This document shows positions 55,477-64,000 of a DNA stretch of 64,000 bases, one piece after another. The position numbers were made by a program, and so were the translations under genes. The DNA comes from the human T2T-CHM13v2.0 reference genome, Homo sapiens, in the NCBI RefSeq assembly GCF_009914755.1, contig NC_060927.1; one strand, given 5' to 3'. The notes under the pieces are model-generated. The model was not told where the DNA came from. It saw only the letters and a list, made by a program, of their open reading frames with translations, and did no database searches. The first letter of the stretch is position 1, and the number at the start of each line of letters is the position of its first letter.

Positions 55477-57095
55477 GTACCGCGGACTGGGCGGCAGCGG
55501 GCTGAGGGAAAAGGGGTCGAGCGGGGAGTAAAAAGGGGCGGGGGACAGAGAAAGAGAGGTCTAGCAGGGAGAGGGGTGGGGAGAAGAGGTGTGAGGGGGG
55601 CCGAGTAGTGGGGAGAGAGGTGCCGAGCAAAAGGGGATCGGGGCCGAGTGGGGAGAGGAAGAGGACAACCTTTCAGCCCTTGAAAGGAAAGGTTGAGAGG
55701 TGCGCCGCTTAGGCCCTTGGAGTGGGAGACACGGGTGACAGCCTCCTTTTTCTGTCATGCAGACAAGAGAAAATGGACTTACCTTCTATGGAGGCAGGGG
55801 CGGTGGCCGGCTCCACATGCTGATGGGCACCACTGAAGAACCTTCTCTTGTCACTACAGATATTTCTTTGTGCCTGTCGAACTTGGCTGTGCTGTTCTAG
55901 AAGAGAAGGCTTCTCCTTAGGAATCATTGCCCTTAATTGTTGAATTACTACTTTGTCTCTTAAGAGCTTTTAAAATCTTCTCTGGAAAATTTTTGAGGTG
56001 GGAAGCCACCCTGCCCCATACTGGAAGGCACCACTCACCACCACAAAGGTCCCCGGGGCTGGGCCTGCTGGCCGCGTGGGGAGAGGGATGCTGACTGATA
56101 TTAAGAGGGAAAGATATCTTAACCACCTGTTCCCCACCAGCATTCTGGTCGCTAGAGCCAGCCTCCCTCCTGTGCCTGGGTCTTTTCATGAGGAAGAGGC
56201 ATGCTGTGCTGCTGCCTGGCCAAGCCACCGAACCATGTGGAGACGTCCGGTTGGGGAGATGATCAGTGGGGCTCCCTGTTGGGCTTTAGCTGGAAAGCTC
56301 TCAGCATCTGTGCGTGATCCCTGTTTAAAAAACAAACAGGGCAGGCATGGTGGCTCACACCTGTAATCCCAGCACTTTGAGAGGCGAGAGGATCACTTGA
56401 GTGGGGGAATTGGAGACCAGCCTGGGCTATGTAGGGAGACCCTGTCTCTACAAATAATAAAAAATTGTCTGGGCATGGTAGCCTGTGCCCGTAGTCCCAG
56501 CTACTCAGGAGGGTGAGGTGGGAGGATCGCTTGAGCCTAGGAGGTCAAGCCTGCAGTGAGTTGTAATCACACCACTGCACTCCAGCCTGGGCAACACAGC
56601 AAGATCCTATTTCTCCTATTTCTCTCTGTCTCTCTCACACACACACACACACACAAATAAATAAATAAAAGAAAAAATAAAACTATGCAGAGATTCTTTT
56701 GCTCTTCTTTTCTTTTTTCTTTTTTTTTTTTTTTTTGAGACGGAGTCTCGTTCTGTTGCCCAGGCTGGAGTGCAGTGGCGCTATCTTGGCTCACTGAAAC
56801 TCTCTCTCCTGGGTTCAAGCGATTCTCCTGCCTCAGCCTCCCCAGCAGCTGGGACTACAGGCGCGCACCACTACCCCTGGCTAATTTTTTCTATTTTTAG
56901 TAGAGACAGGGTTTCACCATGTTGCTCAGGCTGGTCTCGAACTCCTGAGCTTCAGCAGTCTGCCTGTCTCGGCCTCCCAAAGTGCTAGAATTACACGCGT
57001 GAGTCACCGCGCCCAGCCTGCTCTTCTTATTTTCTACATGGTTAAGGAAACTTTTCTTCTGCAACATAGTTGAGTCAGACCTCTGGAGATGGTAG

Positions 57096-57408
<313 letters not shown>

Positions 57409-57809
57409 TAGCCAGACTGCTCCTGACCTCGTGATCCGCCCACCTCAGCCTCCCAAAGTGCTGGGATTACAGGCGTGAGCCACCAAGCCCGGCCCTTTTC
57501 ATCATTCTAAACCCCTCCTGAAGGAGGTTGTTTTTCCAGGAGAGGAGTGAAGTGATCTGAGAAGGCGTGAGATCTTCTCATATGGGAAAGAGGAACCAAG
57601 AGAATTGAGAAAAAATGAGCTAGACTAAAGGAAGCAGAGGAAGTAAAAGTAAATTAGAAGTTTTTGTCCACAGTGATTACATGGTAGAAGATGTTAAGGC
57701 CACTAGAAACTTGTAAGCAGAAAAATGATCCGGTTTTGGCAGCAACACTTGGTGTAAATAGAGACTAGTGAAAAGCAGTAATAGGTGTGAATTTCTAGAT
57801 TAAAATTTA

Positions 57810-57956
<147 letters not shown>

Positions 57957-58315
57957 TTAGGCTGTAAGGGTGAACCAGGGGAATCTTACAAGACACAGGG
58001 AATCAAAAAGGGCGTGGCAGCGTGGGATGGTCACAGATACTTCTACATAAAGTATTAATAGTACATTTAATGCAGATACTGAATATGGTAATCTTTTAGC
58101 AGAATATTGCTTGTTCATTCAAAGGGACAAGTAAATTATCAGACATGGCTGGGTGCAGTGGCTCACGCCTGTAATCCCAGCACTTTGGGAGGCCGAGGCA
58201 GGTGGATTGCATTGAACTCAGGAGTTTGAGACCAGCTTGGGCAACGTGGTGAAACCCCATCTCTACAAAAAATTAGCTGTAGTGGTGTGTACCTTTAGTC
58301 TTTCTTAGCTGCTCA

Positions 58316-58519
<204 letters not shown>

Positions 58520-58892
58520 TTATTTTTTTCTCTCTTTAATAAGAAGCCTTCAGTGGGAAGGACTAGTATAAACGCATGGGCTAGAGCTGGACGGGACTGT
58601 AGAGAGCATTTACTTCACTGATTTTGAAAACTTTATTGTAGAGCCCAAGGAGTAGCTCTGTAGCAATATAATGGTGGGACCGGGGAAAGAGCATGCAAAC
58701 CAGGCTCTGCACATTTCACTACTTGCCACCAGAGCTGTCCTGGGAAATCTATTTTGTCTCTCTTTCTTGTCAAAGTCTTCCTTCAGTTTTCTGGTGACTC
58801 CACAGTGTTTTTCAAGTAAACAGACACTGAAAAACTGGTTGGAAGCTTTTGGGTGTGAGATGTTTTCTTGACTGGTGGGCCTCCCTGTCAGG

Positions 58893-59077
58893 CAGTGGTT
58901 CTTAAACTTCAGTGGACGTCAGAATCACCTGGTGGCCTTGTTAAAACGCTGGTTGTTGGACCTCACCCAGAATTTCTGATTCATTAGGTCTGGCATGGAT
59001 CTGAAAACTCATATTTCTGACAGGTTCCCCTGTGATGCTACTGTTAGTCTGGGACCACGTTCTGAGAGCCATGGTTG
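58893..59077. mobile_element. MER5-family MITE
   Basis: CAGTGGTTCTTAAACTT...AGAATCACCTGG...TGAGAGCCATGG. Confidence 0.7.
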
Positions 59078-59521
59078 TAGGGTGATGGACCTGTCGTTTT
59101 TCTGTGGGATGTGTTCAAAGTCCGTAGATCTTCCTCCAGGCTTCTTCCTAGGTGGTATAAGCCTGGCTGTTATTTTGGGAGCCTTATGGTAGGAGAGGTC
59201 TGGAGGTTCTCCCTTCTGTATGCAGACTTTCACTTAATCCCCCTAAATGGTACCACTTCCTTGTCTTCTGTGGTGCCCTGGTTACCCAGATCCAGAGGCT
59301 CTTGTTCATCCTGTCTGAAGAGTAAACCTCCAGTCTTCTGCAGTTGCTTGTCTGGGGAGGGGGACCAGTACTTCCTGATTTCGGCCCTTCTTCTTGCTCA
59401 CAACTTCAGAGGAAACTGGTACCTCCAGTGGTTCCATTTTGGAGGGGATTCTTCAGTGGCTTGCCATCCGCAATACTCAGTATCCTCTAAGTCAGTTACT
59501 ACTCATGTGTCTTCTTTTCTT

Positions 59522-59568
59522 CTTCTAAAATTTTGTTGACCCTTCTAAAATTTTGTTGACCCTTCTAA
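59522..59568. repeat. Perfect 20-bp tandem duplication CTTCTAAAATTTTGTTGACC x2.3
   Basis: Read directly. Confidence 0.95.
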
Positions 59569-59834
59569 TGTGCTGTCTCTCTCTGCATCTTTTTCCTTCA
59601 GAGCTTTGCTGTTCCTTGATCATCAGTCCGAAAGGCGGTATCACACAGACTCTGCAGCCACACTGCCTACGTTTGAGTTCTGGGTCTGCCACTTGTTAGC
59701 TGTGAAAATGAGCAGCTTCCTTAAACACTGGTGATTCTCTGTCTCGTCTGTAAAATGCACATCACCACCTACTTGAGTGTTGAGGATTCAATTAGTTAAT
59801 GTACTTCAAATAATCATGTAGTAAATGCTCAGTA

Positions 59835-59858
59835 GTGTGTGTGTGTGTGTGTGTGTGT
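59835..59858. repeat. (GT)n microsatellite
   Basis: Read directly; similar short CA/GT runs at about 1811, 33552, 50377 and 56634. Confidence 0.9.
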
Positions 59859-60397
59859 ATTTTTTTTTCTCTCTTTTTTTTGAGACAGAGTCTTGCTCTG
59901 TTGTCCAGGCTGAAGGGCAGTAGCGCAATCTTGGCTCACTGCAACCTCCGCCTCCCAGGTTCAAGCGATTCTCCTGCCTCAGCCTCTTGAGTAGCTGGGA
60001 TTATAGCTACATACCACCATGCATGGCTAATTTTTGAATTTTTGTAGAGACAGGGTTTTACCATGTTGGCCAGGATGGTCTCAAACTTATGACCTCAAGT
60101 GATCTGCCTGCCTCGGCCTCCCAAAGTGTTGGGATTACAGGCATCAGCCACCACGCCCGGCCAGTAGTATATATTTATTAATAATAACTTAATGGAGTTT
60201 CTAGAAGGAGTGGAGATAAATTCATGTGTTCAACCTGCCATTTTGAATTTGTTTTAGCTTCTGTTGAACTTTGAATGATTTTATCTGGACAAAATGTTCA
60301 TTGCCTTAAATGACTTTGCTGGCAGGACACAGTGGCTCACGCCTGATCCCAGCACTGTGGGAGGCCGAGATGGGCAGATCACGAGATCAAGAGATCA

Positions 60398-60702
<305 letters not shown>

Positions 60703-62212
60703 TCAAGGTCACAGGTTGAGTTAAGCAGCACTGGGACTAGACTCTTCGTCTCCATATTCAGGGTCAGGTGTTCTCTCATGCTCTCCTGTTGCATCTTCTG
60801 TCACTGACGGTAAATGAACTGATTTCAGCTGCTACCACGTGAATTAATCTACCTCAGGTCTACTGTATTCATCCTTAATGGCGTGTCATCTTTTCTATCT
60901 TCCTGAATTTTAGGGAGAACGTGAAAATAAATATTAGCAGGCATGCCACATTCTCAAAATTAACTGCCAACACTTGAACCTAGGCTTAATTTCCTTTTGG
61001 AAAATATTTGAAATTTAAATTCACTGGAAGCCTGTCGGATAGTGAGATAGAGGCATGACAGAAAAGAGTAACATATTCATTAAAAAAAAATCACATTCTG
61101 TATCTCCCATGGCTTGAACCTGTTATGAGAAAAAGCCCATGGTCCTTTTCCTTGGCAAATCATTTTATCTTAAAAGTTATGAGGATTGTAGTGCAAGACT
61201 TGTTGGCATAAGGCTTGGCCTAGGTAGAGAGATTTGTGTCCATGGACGCTCTCATCCCTTCTTCCCAGCGTTGAGTTTCGTGTCCTTTGCTCTGGGCTGC
61301 CAGGAGCCCAAGGCTCAGGAAGCATTGTCTGATTCATCTGGGTCTAGCCAGTTGGGCACACTTGCTAGGTTTAATGAGTTTTTCTTCTTATTCATGAGAT
61401 TTGGAGCCAGATTTTATATATTTATTTTTTCCCCTATGCTTCTGTAAGGCATTGAAATTCATATATTTCTGCTCTCCCTTTATCTCACACATTTATTTTC
61501 TTTTTGAGTGACAGCATAATGAGGTCACCAAACCTGAGTATTATTCACAGGGCCATAAGCTTAAAGGAGAGAGGAGCTCCCTATATAGACACACACCCTT
61601 TATTTTGCAACCGCTGATAAATGGTTCCTGAAAGATCTGCTGGCATTAGTCTTCTCAGCATTTTCCCAAGGCCCCTGCTGAGGTTTCGAACCTGGCTCTG
61701 ATAATTTAGCCCTCAGAAGGAAATGTTTTTTCCATGGGTGAAAGGTACAGTATTAGAATATTTCCTTGTGTTACCCACTAAATGTAGGCACACAGTTTTC
61801 ACGAAATTGGCTTCAAGAGCTACACATTTGAATCTGGAATCTTGCCTAATTTGTTGTCACCACTGGCTTTGTGATGAAAGAGTAGGTGGAGAAGGATATG
61901 AGGAAATGAAGTAAGGGCTTGTTGATGCATACCATTTTTATGTTGTGTATATAGTACAGTGAGTTACACAGGGTTAATTATAGAGCTAGAATAATCATAT
62001 TAAAAGGAGCTGTAGGCTGGGTACGGTGGCTCACATCTGTAATCTCAGCACTTTGGGAAGTGAGGTGGGAGGATTGCTTGAGCCCAGGAGGTCAAGGCTG
62101 CAGTGTGAGCCATAGTTGAACGACTGCACTGCAGCCTGGCAATAGCGTGACTCTGTCTCAAAAAAAGAAAAAAGAGAATTGTAGAGGTTCCCTATCAAAG
62201 CTATCATTTTAC

Positions 62213-62404
62213 ATGTGAATGCATGGACATAGAGTGTGGAATGAATGGAGACTGGAGTGGGATGAGGGATGAGAAATTACTGGGTACAATGTACATTATT
62301 TGGATGATGGTTACACTAAAAGCCCAGACTTCACCACTATGCAATATATCCATGTATCAAAACTGCCCTTGTACCCCTAAATTTATACAAATAAAAACAT
62401 TTTT
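62213..62404 (+). mobile_element. 5'-truncated L1 3' end (L1MA/L1PB-like) inserted in a MIR
   Basis: AAAAGCCCAGACTTCACCACTATGCAATATATCCATGTA motif; TSD aagc(t/c)atcattttaca. Confidence 0.75.
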
Positions 62405-63814
62405 AAGCCATCATTTTACAGATGTAAAAAACCCTGAGGCTTAGAGCTATTAAGGGATTTGCCCATGGCACAAAGCTGTATCAGCTGAGATCTAACACAG
62501 CTGTTTATTGGTGGAAGCCATGCTTTTACATCCTGTCAGATTATTCACCTGCCCTGCTGATGGTATGAAGCATAGTAGGGAACAAAGCATCCTTAGTGTC
62601 ATTCTTGAGCACAGAGGGCAAAGATGTGAATGTCCAGATGCCACACCAACATTTTATTTCAGGAGAGAAGATGCAGGCTTTTTCTACTAGTCTTTTAGAC
62701 ATATGAATTCTTGACTCTGATTTTGAAATGACATTGTATTGGAAAACTTGTGCTTCTGAATATTGCTCATTCCCAGGGTTTTCTACTGACATTTTTCATG
62801 TAGTTAGGTTTATCTCTCTCTGTGTAGTTAGCTTTGTCTCCCTCTTTTTTTTTTTCCTTGAGACAGGGTCTCATCTCTTGCCCAGGCTGGAGTACAGTGG
62901 TGGATCACAGCCCACTGCAGCGTCGAAATCCCTGGCTCAAGCCATCCTCCCACCTCAGCCTCCCAAGTAGCTGGGACCACAGGTGTATGCCACCACGCCT
63001 GGCTAATTTTGTTTATTTTTTGAGAGATGGGGCCTCACCTTGTGGTCTAGGCTGGTCTCAAACTCCTGGGCTCAAGCGATCCTCCTGCTTCCACCTCCCC
63101 AAGTGCTGGGATTACAGGCATGAACCACCACACCTGGCCCAGCCTTGTCTCTTTCTAATGAGCAATAAGAACTGAGAGGAAGAACATGCTCCTTGAGGGG
63201 CACAGCACTTGTTATACAAATTTCCTATCAAAAATTCAGTTTTAATCTCCTTGTTCAAGTTATGTTGTGAATAATGCTGTTAAATTTGGACACCAATTAG
63301 GTGAATTAGAGAGCTTGATGCTGCCTGACATGTGGGTGGGGAAAGAGAGTTGGAGGTACAGCCTGGACTATCCGTTACCAGTCAAGCAACATTCATCATG
63401 TTCACCCTAAGGCTTCTGGAGCTTGCTGGCTGGCTGACTGGCTCGCCAGGTACATTTAAGAAGCCTGTGCTTGGGGATGTTTCTTAACTGCAGACGGTTC
63501 CTTTATTATTCTGTACATGAGACTCCATTGTTTGCCCCTTAGCCCCACTTGGTTTAGCTTGTAGGCTAGTTGATGGAAGATGAGACCACATTGTTTTTCT
63601 AAATGTGTGTTCCTAGCCCTTCCCAAATTACAAGCATGGCAGCTACCTTTCTACTTTCGAACTTGTTGAGTATTGGCACTGTCATTGCCTCTTTGGCATG
63701 GAACCAGCCAGCTGGCCTGTGGTTAGCTTAGGAAGACCTTAGGAAGAACATCCAAGCAGCTGATTACATCACCACTTTTTTCCAATTGGGGACAAAAGTG
63801 GGTGAACCAAGGTG

Positions 63815-64000
63815 CGTGAACTAAGAGTTAACAAGCATTTTCTGTAAAGGGCCAGATAGTAAATACTTAAGGATTCGTGGGTAATATAGTTTCAGTTGCA
63901 GCTACTTAACTCTGATGCTATAGTGCAAAAGCAGCTATACACAATGTATAAATGAATGGGTGTGGCTGTGTTCCAGTGAAACTTTACAAAAGAAGCATGA
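63815..64000 (+). mobile_element. MER58A-like MITE
   Basis: TTTTCTGTAAAGGGCCAGATAGTAAAT...GGCTGTGTTCCAGTGAAACTTTA. Confidence 0.75.

Larger units (their letters stand above)
54440..55520. promoter_or_regulatory. CpG island, bidirectional KIF9/KLHL18 promoter
   Basis: Marked CpG and GC enrichment between divergent first exons. Confidence 0.9.

Overview
Human (or very close hominid) genomic DNA that I recognise as the KIF9 / KLHL18 head-to-head locus on 3p21.31. The full kinesin-9 gene KIF9 lies on the minus strand. Its 20 coding exons run from 49757 down to 1039, all have GT-AG boundaries, and they sum to 2373 nt = 790 aa + stop. A non-coding first exon has its donor at 54876, and there is an AATAAA at 401-406. 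KLHL18 coding exon 1 (55348-55476) starts on the plus strand from the same CpG island, which carries an RFX X-box and ETS sites. The introns hold roughly 60 Alus, a full-length SVA (28113-29582), a 968-bp solo HERV-K LTR5_Hs (31927-32894), a U13/SNORD13 retrocopy (22905-23020), MaLR LTRs, hAT MER/Charlie relics and L1/L2/MIR fragments. Nearly all ORFs in the supplied track are Alu or repeat noise. I found no new protein-coding system. The most interesting unexplained structures are: (1) an A>G hypermutated, ADAR-like patch fixed in the SVA, plus a short 3'-transduction tag that could identify its parent; (2) a ~244-bp near-perfect inverted duplication, one arm of which was split by that SVA; (3) an X-box whose core is a perfect-Kozak upstream ATG, giving either a uORF or a 33-aa KIF9 N-terminal extension depending on a 4-nt tandem acceptor; (4) an LTR5_Hs whose target-site duplication places consensus splice donors at both ends; (5) a sense-intronic U13 copy with intact boxes and guides. 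Repeat subfamily calls and consensus comparisons are from memory, not computed.
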